A DNA stretch of 64,000 bases from Camelus dromedarius (taxonomy: Eukaryota): assembly GCF_036321535.1 (NCBI RefSeq), contig NC_087436.1, positions 102,240,001 through 102,304,000 of the forward strand, read 5' to 3'. A program made the position numbers and the translations under genes. Position 1 is the first letter of the stretch. The number at the start of each line of letters is the position of its first letter. Below, piece after piece: positions 14,107 through 25,845 of the stretch. A model generated the notes under the pieces. The model did no database searches, was not told the origin of the DNA, and worked only from the letters and a program-made list of their open reading frames with translations.

Positions 14107-14349
14107 TATAATAAAATTATATTATGGAGTTTATGACATATAAGTATTATAAGTATATGAGAATAATAGCATCAATGCTGAAAATGAGACAATGAAACTA
14201 TACTTTAATAATGTTCTATTATTCATGAAGTGATATGATACCACTTACAGTAGACTGTGATATGTTATATGTGTATACTCTAAACCCTAAAGCATCACCA
14301 AATTAGTTTTTTTAAAAAAGTGAGAAAGATTTAGAACTAATAAGTCAAC

Positions 14350-14947
14350 TGCACTAACAGTGGGAGACAAACAGAGTTGGCTTGTTAAAGAAGAAAAACA
14401 AGACCTAGAATGGACTGTCTTATAAAACTACAATTTAGTTCAGGACAATAATACAACATAACAAAAAACAATAAAGTTAAACATGCCATGTTGCCAATGG
14501 CTGCCTTACAGTGGGCAATCTGGAGATATGGAGCACAAACTTCACTTGTCCTCCATTTGCAGAACTGTACCAGACTCATTTTTCTCTTAGACTTGGAACC
14601 ACTGACACAGGAACCAGAACACCTCAGAACCAGAGAGCTCAGCACAGAGGCTTGGCTGGGTTTCATACATCCTGATGGTCATGTAGACACATTACTGCTA
14701 CATGATCATCCCCAATGGCAGAAACCCGTAAGATTTTCATTTAAACCAGGTGCAAAGCATTAATTTGCTGTCACCAATAGTATTGACTAGGTGGCACAAA
14801 ATGCACCCAAACTTGTTCCAGATCCAGTGGACTGTCAATCAGTACCTTTGCGCATGATCAGAGGTTGGTCTCAGGCAGGTACATCTCTACTTCTGCAAAA
14901 TACCTCATGCTAATCCCAGATCTGCTGGAATAAATTCTAACATCATA
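14350..14947 (-). mobile_element. Putative 3' LTR of an ancient class III ERV
   Basis: On the minus strand it follows the purine-rich tract agtgggggtgaac, begins ta/tgatgttag, and ends ...ctgttagtgCA exactly where L1 sequence takes over (plus strand aataagtcaac|tgcact); ~600 bp, more GC-rich than its flanks. Confidence 0.6.
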
Positions 14948-14960
14948 GTTCACCCCCACT
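14948..14960 (-). other. Polypurine tract, ERV-L/MaLR-like
   Basis: agtgggggtgaac resembles the ERV-L PPT (ggggtggac) and sits between the env end and the LTR start. Confidence 0.55.
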
Positions 14961-14963
14961 GAC

Positions 14964-17900
14964 CTATGGACAAAGGCTTTTTTTTATGATAAAACAATTG
15001 CTCTTACAGCATCATGCAATCAATTATATAATCAAAATGCATATATAGATAAAAAATTTTGAAATAACTAATGATATGAAGTTAAACAGACAGCTAAGCA
15101 TCAATAATACCAACACAAACTTTATGAAATTTGCTTTTATAATAACTTTATAAATTTTTTCTTCCCAAATCTAAAGTTTTATCTACTTTTAGGTATGCAT
15201 TTGCTGTATAATTAAGAACCATAATCAAGCTAATATTAATCACATTTAAATCTGTTTCAGATCAATTCCCCATGTAATATCTTCAGAGGGTTTTGATTCA
15301 ATCTTCCAATACATTTGATCATCACTAGTATTACAACAAGATTTTTCTGACTTTTCTATTATTAATTTTACTTGTGATTCCTATATTTGCCTATATAATA
15401 CTGCTATGTAATATTCCAGTAATTATCAAAATATAAACTTGACATAATTACAGTACTTTTATTTTGTCCCATCCAACCAAATCTACAATACAAAATTTCT
15501 CATAGGAATATAGTTTAGACGTCATGACTGCTATATAAGAATTCCAAAGTCTTGAACACACAACAAAATTCCTTTTCTAACATTACATAATTTAACACAT
15601 ATTTGTTTCCAGTAAGAAGGATCTCATGCCAGGGAGCTTCTATTTCCCATAGGAAGTATTCTATTCTTTTTTTTTTTTTTTTTTAAGATTTGTCTTAAAA
15701 TATCCAGTTGTTTCTCATGGGTAAAGAGTGGTTGGCCTTCAGCTGTGGCACTAAAATTGTTCAAGAGACTCTCAATAGATAATATTTTCCACTTAAAAAT
15801 CTCCACAAACTAGCTGTCTCATAAATCTTCTGTAAGTACATACCTTAGATTTCTTTTAGAATCACCAGACATTTTGTCTAGAATATTTCAGATTCTTTTA
15901 GAATCACCATATCTGTTATTCCAGGTCATTTCGGTGTATGGGCTTGCTTCCACCTCTGGGTTTATTATTTTAATGTATGGTCAAATTGCAAAGCCCAGTT
16001 TATTTGGACCATTTTGTCTTTCCAAGCGGCTTGCCATCTTTGTCCATATAGAATAGAATGCTTGCTTTCAAGATGTCCTATGAGTGTCAGAATATCTTTA
16101 TATTTTGGTATATGCTTTCTCATTAAAAGAGAATTTTAACTAGCCAATATTCCCATCTCCAGTCCAAATTCAGCTAAAACTGTCATGTCAAATGGGCCAA
16201 ATTTTTTGATCCACTAGACCTATTGCTGTCACTGGGTACTAACATCTTCTGTATTGAAATCAAGAACTAAAATGGAACTCCACATTTCTGAGACCCCAGA
16301 GATCAGAAAATATAGATAATGAGTAGTAGTCACTCCCAAACTGACTTTGGTTTCAGTATAACATAGTACTATTTCCCATAACCACTCACATGAAATTTCT
16401 TGCCTTTTATCCTCAAGATTGTAAGACCACCAAGTTATATCCTGTGTCAGTGATTCAAATGTACCAATTGCTTCTTCAACTCTTTCCAGTGCTCTGCCCA
16501 ATAGTTAATTTTATACATAATGTCATGACAGTGGGTCATGCAGCAGGCATCCTTCTACCACTGTATCCTAGTACCCTTTGTATACCTTCATCATCATAAT
16601 TCATGGCCACACAACGTTCATTCATATTACAATTTGTCAGTGTTCTCTGGATTTGACTGGGTAAATCTTCCTGACACAGCTTCTTGATATTCTGTGAAAT
16701 AGGAACCAAAAGACATAGTTAAATTAATATTTTTACATATTGTCAGAGTCAGAGCTCCCATCTGTTTATTCATTTTGAGGTTGTAAACCCCTCCCAGAAA
16801 CATGTTTATTAGGTTGGCTGTTATACAGCTCATTCTTTATTTTCTTTAAAAAAGAGGAACTTTCAGCCAACATTCAAATAAGGGAGATGTCACAAAACTG
16901 CAAACATTTTTTTATCATGCATTGCAAATTTTAAGCAGATTTCTTTCATTTCCAACTTAGCATTCATTCCTACAACCTACTAAAATAATCTTATGATACC
17001 TAAGGTGTGTATTAGCAGCTTATTAGTTTATTAGGAAGTGCTGTACTACATATCTCTGGATCAAGTAGACTATAAAAGGAATTTTTCTCCAATGCCAGGC
17101 CATTTCACCCATATGTTTGTAAAAGACTTGAGTTCCACAACAAGAGTTGTGTCAAGAAACCCTGGCCTTATTAATTAATCATCTTCCACCGTTGTCACTT
17201 TAATACTAAACGTAGATATTTTGGTTATGCTGGAGGGTTATCAGAACTTTTCTCTTTATAAAATTCATTTAAAGTGAGATAAATTAAGCGTATCTTCCTT
17301 GTAATTCTCACATTCATGGAAGTTTAAGGAGACATAGTTGTGGGCTCCCCTAGCTTTCTATAAAACACCATCAAAGTTTGGGTTGGTACATCCACAATTT
17401 TCTTCTTTTTCATACCATTTTTAGTAAACCAACTAAGGCCTTTCAAATGTAATAACCTGAATTATTAACCATTTTATCATTTTTATTTCTTTTTGTAAAG
17501 CCACAGTCTACTTATTGTGAAGTCATATATGGGCAAGATGAGATGACAGATCTATAATTGCCTTTGTTATATCCTTCCGAAGTCCTGACAGCTAAATCAC
17601 AAATGGTACCCATGATGGTATACTTGTTTGCCAGGGTTATCACAATAACATATTAGACTGCTTAAACAATAGTAATTTATTTCTCACCTTGTGGAAGCTA
17701 GAAATCATGATCAAGGTGTCTGCAGGTTTAGTTTCTTCTAAGTCCCCTCTCTGAGGTTTGCAGATGGCCACCTGCTTGCTGTGTCCCCACGTGGTCTTTC
17801 CTCTTTGTGCACACATCCCTGGTGCCTCTTTTCTGTGTCCAGTTTTTACCTTTTTATAAGAATATCAGTCATATTCCATGGGATTTACCCATATGACCTC

Positions 17901-18390
17901 ATATAACCTTAATTATCTCTTCAAAGACCCTATCTCCAAATATAGTCAAATTCTGAGGTACTAGGGCTTGGAACTTCAACATCTGAATTTTGATTCAGTC
18001 CAAACAGCTGATGGGGCACATTTATCTGTAGTATCAATCATAATCTTAAAATAAAGATGTACGTCACAGATGAAAGTTGCCTTACAGCAAGTAGTTTGGA
18101 GAGAATGGGTATAACCTTCAAGGACTATATCAAATATGCTTTCTCTCTCTGGTCAGCAATCACCGATGTGTGAATATAAGTTCTCAGATCCAGAGAGTCC
18201 AAGATAGTGTCTACTCTGTGACCTTTTATAACCTGGTTGCAAAGGCATATTCCTATGTAGGACAAGTCCCTGTGGCAGAGGATTCTTTGGGTCTCACTGA
18301 AAACAGTTAAAAAATCATGGGGCTCACTATTTTCAATAAAGTATATTGACAAAGCAGTACAAAGCACCGTGAAACTGAAACTGACCTATT
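14964..18390 (-). pseudogene. env: Decayed retroviral env gene, foamy-virus-Env-like (interrupted by MLT1A at 17616-18006)
   Basis: Manual translation across stops and frameshifts gives, in order: LPQGLVL, LGLSGSENL, HSLQ, DKC...CDLAV...VISSCP, decayed furin site RTS*KQ, NKLGFAI, RNDL/TDMVILKE, EI*GMY, LWEIEAPWHEILL and a C-terminal hydrophobic anchor; collinear with prototype foamy virus Env motifs as recalled. Confidence 0.7.
17616..18006 (-). mobile_element. MLT1A MaLR solo LTR inserted in env
   Basis: gatcaaggtgtc, ttgcagatggccacc, cacatccctggtg, ccctatctccaaatatagtca, ttctgaggtactaggg; ends attcagtccaaaca; partial TSD catga/gctga. Confidence 0.85.
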
Positions 18391-18392
18391 TT

Positions 18393-19195
18393 CAGAGGAA
18401 AATATCAATGAAATGGAAAATTTTTTAAAAATTGAGGCAATGAAAACAAGTTTCAATGAGAAGATCAGTAAAATGGGTGATTCTCTATAGAGATTAATGA
18501 GCAGAGAAGAGAGAAGAAATAAAATATTAATATTAGAAATAAGAGAGGGATAAGCTTTACAGATACATGTAGTAAGGGGAAAACAAGGAAATATTATGTA
18601 CAATTTTATGTCAATAAATAAACATTTGGATGACATGAAAAAATTGCTTAGTAAGATGTAAGCTGCTAAAGCTCACTCAAGAAATTTCCAGGCCTAGATA
18701 TCTTCACTGGTGAATTCTACCAAGTATTTAAAGAAGATATAATATAAATTACATATGAACTCTTCAAAGAAATTCAATTTGAAAAGATACTTTCCAACTA
18801 GTTCTGTAAGTCCAGCATTAACCTAAAAGCAAAGTCATTACAAGACAGGAAAACCACAGTCCAATATTCATGACAAACAATACAAATATTGCTAAAGTTT
18901 TAAGCAAATTGAATCCAATAATACATATATTAAAAGATAATACATCTTGAACAAGGTGACTTTATCTCAGGAATGCAAAGTAAAAAATTTTTTTAAAACT
19001 TAGGCTGATTTAGGACACCTTAAAAAAAAAAAAACCTTATAGCTAACTTTGTGAAAGACTGAAAGCTTTTCCCTTAACAGTAGAAACAAGACAAAGATAT
19101 CTGCTCTCACTGCTTTTACTCAGTATCATTTAAGAAGTTCTAGCCAGTGCAACATGAGAAAAAAAGCATGCAATTTGGAAAGAGGACGTAACTGC
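18393..19195 (+). mobile_element. Old L1 ORF2 fragment (linker to RT), with internal deletions
   Basis: atcaatgaaatggaaaa, cttcactggtgaattctaccaagtatttaaagaaga, caggaatgcaa, gaagttctagccagtgcaa (EVLASA). Confidence 0.85.
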
Positions 19196-19505
19196 TGCTT
19201 GGAATGCTTTACCTCTAACTACAAAATGCTAGCGCTTTCTTTTCCTTTAACCTCAATTGAAACATAGGCTGAGAAGAACTCCCTTATACCCAAGTCTGAA
19301 ATACTCCCTTGCCACTCTCTACTGTCTCCTCATTTGCTTCATTTTCGTATTAGGACTTGCTATTTTCTGGGTACAATTAAAACGTAGGCTTTGGAGAGGA
19401 GAGACAGATCTGCATTTGTGCCCAAATTAGCACTGTATGCCAAAATTTGAGAAGAGTTCCTGACACATTGTAGGTGGTCAGCGGATTTACTGAATAAGTG
19501 AATAT
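19196..19505 (+). mobile_element. L2 3' end
   Basis: cctgacacattgtaggtggtcagcggatttactgaataagtgaat terminus. Confidence 0.6.
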
Positions 19506-22500
19506 GATGAGATGTAATAAAATAATTGGTGAAATTAATGTAAACATGCAAACTCGTCTAAACAAAATATATATTAACTCCTACTTCTCAAAAAAGTATT
19601 CTTTAGTCTTACTGATTTCTGCTCTTTTAAATTTTGATAAAATGTGGTTTATTTTAAAATTTATATCTACTTAAATAGCTTATGTCATTAAATTTTCCAC
19701 TATTAAGTGCAAACACAGACTAATTTTTCCAGGGCTTTTTATACAATTGAATATTAAAGATTAATAATTTCCCTACTTGAAAATGTTCTAATTGATTAAA
19801 ATCAATCCATTTATTCTTCATAAGTTCCTTTTTAATGAATTCAACTTTCTTCAAGTATCAACACATTTATACAAGTTAATTTAAGAGGTTCTTAAAAGTC
19901 AAGTATTGATGAAAATATATATCATATTGCTAGCCATCTTAAGCCTGAAAGAGACATATTAAAATAATTCCATTATGTAAGTTCACCATTATCACCATAA
20001 TTTATTTTAAAATGTCATAGGACCTATTTTTACATTAAGATATTGCAGTATGTAAGTTTACTTGAATGTGGATTAAATACTATAAGATTATTGGATATAT
20101 ATATCCAATTGTATATATCTTAAACAGTTTATTTCATCATTGTCTGCTCATATTTTATATTAGCACTAATACAGGTCTAATAACTTGTCAAATCTCAAAC
20201 CTTATTCTTTTTCCAAATATAATTTTTTTTGATTGAAAAACAAACTAATCAAATGAGCTGTAATTCTGTGAAAGATAAACCACCTTTGATATGTTCTTAC
20301 GAGCTCTCCCACTGTCTAAAATGCAGGGACTCTGAAACAAACAATTCTGCAATTTAAAAGCTCTTCTTTTGTAAGTATCTATGACTCTAGGTCACAGTTC
20401 TGGGCTTTGTAGGAATATGATAGACTTAACATTATATTATTTTGTATAATCAAATTCTGTCCACAGAGGAAATCAACATCTACAAGTTAATTTTGTGTGT
20501 GTATTCTATGCATTCTTGTACTCCATTAGCCAGTTTCTATTTCTGGGGTTTACATAGATTTATATTATTATCTAATTACCATTAAAATATCACATTGTGA
20601 CACATATTACACTTCCAAAATAAATACATAAAAGAACACTGGCCTTCTCTACAGAATCATGAGATTAGAAATTTTAGCCCTGTTGTAATCATTTAACTAA
20701 AGGTGGAAAATAAATTCCAGTATTCCTGAGGTAAGTCTTCAAAATTTTCTAAGTTAATTTCCTAATACATATTTATCTACTCAGTAAGTATATAATGACA
20801 TATGGAGAGTTCTCCTAGGGCAAAGTTTTAAGTTAGAAATCCTGAGATTTCCTCTCTCAGCTTTAGTTTTCTTAACTATAAAATGAGAAAATTAGTACTG
20901 AGTGTTGTGAGGATGTGATTAACACAGAACCAGTGAATTTAACAGTGTTAAGTGAGTGGGCGTGACTTCCAGAAGGACACAATTATATAGAGGAAATCTA
21001 GGAGGCAAAATATTCTACTCATGGTTTTCCTTAGTCTCAGTTTTTTTTTTCTAGTACTAGATTGTCTCTAGTATAAATAATAAATGTAGTTGCATAATCA
21101 AAAATAGAACACACACAATTTTTTTCCTGCTTACTTAGGACTCTTTTGAATTGGAAACAGAAAATAGTTTCATTCCCTTACTACATTTTTATCTAAACTT
21201 TTAGATTATTGTCTAAAAAGTTTATTGACTTAACTGAAACTATGGAGTGAAATAGGTCATAGGAAGAATTACTCTTACTGCCTTGAGTCTTAGTACATAA
21301 TGATTTACAAAGACATGGCTGAGACAAAGGTAAAATAATGATGAGTGAATAAGCTAATGGGGTTCAAGCATTGACTGAAACTCTGTTTTCTTTCTTTCTT
21401 TTTTCCAAATTATAGGACAGTGTCTGGTTTCTCTGCTGCTTGTAAAGTTGATTTCAGCAATTCTAAAAGGTGAAGTTGGAGTGAGAGAAAAATAATTCAG
21501 GTTAGATTAATATCCTTGTACCCAAATATCTAGTTATCTTAGCATAACATTACACCAAAATGTGTTTTTCATTTTAAACTCAAATTGTAATATTGCTCCT
21601 TCAGTAACTTCCTTAGTACTTATCACTGTCATATCCAACAAAGCAATGCGAGGCAGGTTTTAATAAAAACTAGAGCAGTTAAGTACATTATGGATGAGGC
21701 TCATTTGTGAAAAAGAAAACCTTACAGCAAAACTCAAAGATGCAGAATTGATGCAGAATAATAATAAAAAAAAAAAACTTGGATTAAAGAACTGACTTTT
21801 AATGGATTTTTTTTAACATGTTAGAAAGAGCAAATGTATCTATTATACAGAGAAAAATGCATAGATACAAAGATTGCCTGTAAATGTTATATGCATGTTA
21901 TATGTATCAGATGCATTTTATATGATATATATATATATATACATATATATGACAAATGTCCAGCGATAGTATATTTAAATTACATAGAGTTCTACTGTAA
22001 CAAATTTGATTTATTTGAGATAGTTTTATTTTCAAGTGTATGCAGTAATGTGCAATAAGTGTCTTTAGCTTTTAGAATAAGTGTTCATGAAATATAGAGG
22101 GGAAAAAGGGAGCTCTAAATTACAGGTCAAAATATCTGAAATCAAGAACAGGTTTGGACATATTTTAGCATTTTCAAAAGTGGCTTCCTTAATAGGCCTA
22201 TGTCTCAGTAGATGATTGTGTCATTTTATTCTTGAAACCATTTTTTGCTATTGTTTTCATTTGAAATTTGGGTAATAGGGAAAACACTTTTAAAAGCCTA
22301 TTCACCATTTGTAAGCACCACCAATACAGTGAGTACCAGTCATAATAACAAAAGTCATGTTTTGAATAAGGATTGTGAATTAAGATGCACAGAACAGAAG
22401 TTTGTGTAATGCTAATGTAAGAGGCTATGTTTGTTAGAAACCTGTGTTTGCTCTGGATTTCAACTGGATTTTCACCCATAAGAAGTTAGCTTAAGAAAAG

Positions 22501-23168
22501 ACAACAGTAAGTGAAACCCCCAATTCCAGCCCAGCAAGTTCATGATTTTAATAAAAATTAATGTTTTTAGATCATCTCCATATTTCATCTTAAAGTACAG
22601 AACATCTGATTTTCTAAGTCAGGAAGTACAGGCACGGGAACTCAGAAAAGTATTTCTAAACAATCGGAACTCACTTTGTGGGTTATTTACTTCACCACAG
22701 AGACATGAGTGATACAGAACATTTTTGCTAGCCAAGTTGGGGCCCAGGTGTGCTACTTATTCCGGCAGTACATCTTCTTGGCCCATCTACATTTCAATTT
22801 TCTGATGGAGGTGGGAAGTTTCAAAGTGAAGTGACAAAGATTAGTGCAAACTACATGTTATCTGTTCTCTCTAAGTCCTCCTAGCTCTTTACAGCTCTAG
22901 GTCTTTTCAGCTTCTAACAGTTAAAAAAAAAAAAAAAAAAAGTAAATGCCAGACTTGAGAAATCATGTTTTCAGAAGGATTTGGTAAGATCTTAGCAAAG
23001 GGCAGTGTCCAGAATCTGATGGTGCTGCCATCCCTGGAGAAGTCTGTGGTCCAAGGAGAGTTGCTTCAGAGCCCAGTTGACTGAGTTAGGAAGTTGTAGG
23101 AGGCAGTTATCTTATCCTTGCAAGGAAGCTCTGGCACAAGGATAATGCATTTTGGAGGATCCAGAGAT

Positions 23169-23692
23169 ATTATGGCCAAAGCAAAAATTTAAGTTAACAG
23201 AATATTAGTTAAACAGAATATTACCATTTAGGAGAGAGAACAGATCTCAAGCTGAACTCAGCTGAAACAAAGACTGGGAGGATTTTTAAGTTGCTGAGAT
23301 GAGCAGAAGCACCGAATGTCTGTATTTGCTAATTAGCATCATGCACAGAAAAAGTAAGTTTTCTCTGTGACAGGAGGTAGTCTGTTGTACAACTTGGAGC
23401 AAGGTGACCGCCAAAGTTAGGGTCCTACATTCCAACATAAACTGAAAGATGAGGGACCACCTCCCTTAATGTTTACATTTCACAGAGATCTATCTCAGAT
23501 CCTTGAGGAAGATATTCCTGGGCTGTAAAACTGGGAAGAGGTCTTTAAAAGGAGTCTCTCCAAGGAGAGTGAGGGAATTACCCTCAAGCTTGTAAAGTAA
23601 ATGCACTAAGAAAAAGGAGGCAGGACACAGTCAGGAAGAAATCTGCCTGAATTATAGTCACACAAAGGGGGACACTCAGGACATTTTGCCCA
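23169..23692 (-). mobile_element. MER31-like ERV1 solo LTR
   Basis: gctgaaacaaag, tttgctaatt, tgacaggaggtagt, caacttggagcaagg, attcctgggctgtaaaactgg and agtcaggaagaa match the MER31 reverse complement as recalled. Confidence 0.8.
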
Positions 23693-25112
23693 GTATCACT
23701 GGAGCAGCCCACTGGCTACGGCTCTGCTGGTGGCTTCGCTGGAAGTCACCACTCACAAGTTGGGGCCAGATCAAGAGAGAAACAACAGTGTGGATGTCCT
23801 GTGGGACCCTAGGCTGACGGACCTTTTTTTTTTTTTTTTTTTTTTTTTCAGACTTATCATGAAACACTCTGGGTACTTCTAGGAATAAGAAGGGCAGAAA
23901 ATTACCAACAATCCAACAATTAAACCAGCTAAGAGCTGTGCCAATACAATTTGTGTTTAAAAGGAAAAGGGAGTTATTTCATAGTCATGAGCCAGACAGA
24001 TCTGGAACATGTATAGTAAATCACACTGTTCTATTTTCTTCTATTTAATAGTGTAAGTTGAGTCATTCTTCACAAAGTCATTTATTTTTCCTTTATGAAG
24101 TCATGAGTTTCCAGCTACTATTATATAAAGTGTCCTCTTAGATACATATTACTTGTCTCTGTTAGATACTCGGTATTGGCACTTGTATGAGCAAACCAGA
24201 CAATTGTCCTCCGTCATTTAAATAATTCTATCTCAATTATTCTATTTTCTTAACACAATATGAATTTGAAAAGAATCCTTTCTTTTTGCCAGAGAAGCAA
24301 GAACCAAACCAGAATTAAGGGAAAATTGTTAATTATTGTGCAGAGAAGTAAACCTTCCCTTGCAGAAATGTTTCTTTAAGAAATGAACAACGATCTTAAA
24401 TAGGTTTCTTTTTCACTGTGAGATTTCTCTGCATATGTAACATATTTTTAAGTTTCCAAGAGAGATTGAAGAAAAAGTTTCTTAACTTATTTAACCACAA
24501 GATTTGCTGTCTTAAAGTAAAATTAATACATTGTAGAACCAGGATTATGTGGCCCAAGGCAAGGAAAATGATGTAGGGCTAATCCCTTAGCAACCTCCCA
24601 CAGAGAGAAATTTTTAAAGTTTAAGTGGTGAAGCTGATACAGCAAATGTCTTGCAAATAGATGATATTTGCCCAGACTACTAGCAACTAGGTTCCTTTCC
24701 TTTCTCCTGTGTTGCAGAAACTGTTCTGTAATTACAAGGAAGAAAGAAGCTAATTTTCAGAAAGAAAAGAAGCAAGAATCAGGGCCCAAAAAACTCACTA
24801 ACAGTCAAGTTCAAATTCATGGACTTTTTTTCCCCCTGTTTGGAGAATGCCTAAATTTGTTCTATATATTGCTGATTCAAATTTTTGCAGCAAGAAAAAT
24901 TTTTTTCTGTCTCTACTGATGACTTAATTTTGTTACTATGTGTTCCTTCATTTTCATCTCATTTTTCTGTTGCTGAATCTCTTTGTATTCACATTGAATG
25001 GTTGTAGATAATTTCAAATACTATAATGCTTTCCCTTAAAATTTTTGAGAAATGTCCATTGTCCGTCTGATATCTTAGAGTACAGGATACACTCCAACAA
25101 AATAAAATAAAT

Positions 25113-25845
25113 TCTACATTTCCTTTATTCTAAGATGCAGATTTTTCATATGTTAATATATTTGAAATCAGGATACCTCTTTTAATTTGTGATATTATAC
25201 GATTACTTTGGCCAGGTGAGTCAGATATAATTGCGTTTGTGGATATGTGAACAACAAAGCCACCTGTGTCCAAATATTTAAATTACATTCCAATGGTTTA
25301 GGAAAAAAAAAAAAAACTTACAGATAATAGTGGAGGTGTCTTTTACCCTACAGGAATGACTACTTGTGGGAGGTGATGAATCAGATATGTTTAGCAGAAT
25401 GTGAGCATCAGAACCAAAAGATGATGAGATCTCCACAAAGGCAGAACTAGCTTAATGACACAGAACCTAATGGCTTCTGCCCTTTTATGGACTATTTCAA
25501 CAAATGCCATATCACAGTGGTCTTGAGGGCATTCAGGATGACATTGTGTTTAAAAACATGGACATGAGGCTCATGAGTTAAAAAGATAAATTTATACTAT
25601 AGAGGTGAAAGAGTTTTAGGAAAATCTTAATTCCATTCACTTATGCTGCCTTTTTAAGGTATATGCAAGGGTTATATATAACCATATATCTAATTAAGTT
25701 GAAAACAGCTCTTTTAGAAAATAAACATATATGATGAAAGAGATTGTCTCATTATGTAGTTGAGATGATTTTTTTTTCTTTGTTCAATTGTTTGTAAATA
25801 GGATTGGCCATTAAAATTCATACTTTAGAGTCCATAATATATACA
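25113..25845. mobile_element. Kanga1/MER104-like Tc2-type DNA transposon remnant
   Basis: Terminal motif attctaagatgca...tgaaatcaggat; internal aaatgccatatcac...tcttgagggca...tgacattgtgt; degraded inverse terminus. Confidence 0.65.

Larger units (their letters stand above)
12401..14349 (+). mobile_element. Old L1 (L1MC-like) 5'/ORF1/inter-ORF region
   Basis: A-rich ORF1-like sequence (aagaagcaggaaaatacagccc, aacccacagatccaagaa) and inter-ORF motif agactgtgata...aaaccctaaagcatcacc. Confidence 0.75.

Noticed and set aside
14385..14763. ORFs of 93 aa (-) and 91 aa (+) as a processed pseudogene or accessory gene
   Set aside because: No recognisable protein; they fall within the putative LTR; no poly-A tail or TSD.
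16380..16520. GQSTGKS / RVEEAIG / LGGLTILRIKGK resembling parvovirus NS1 Walker A/B motifs
   Set aside because: The motifs lie in different overlapping frames with wrong spacing; the surrounding collinear Env motifs, PPT and LTR explain the region better.
17080..17125. IWVKWPGIGEKF resembling an integrase chromodomain
   Set aside because: Isolated short match lying inside the Env SU region, with no integrase core upstream.
20091..20108. Perfect 18-bp palindrome ttggatatatatatccaa
   Set aside because: Built on a (TA)n core; expected by chance in AT-rich DNA.
23824..23851. Poly-T followed by CAG as a plus-strand splice acceptor
   Set aside because: No convincing downstream exon or donor; likely a simple homopolymer.
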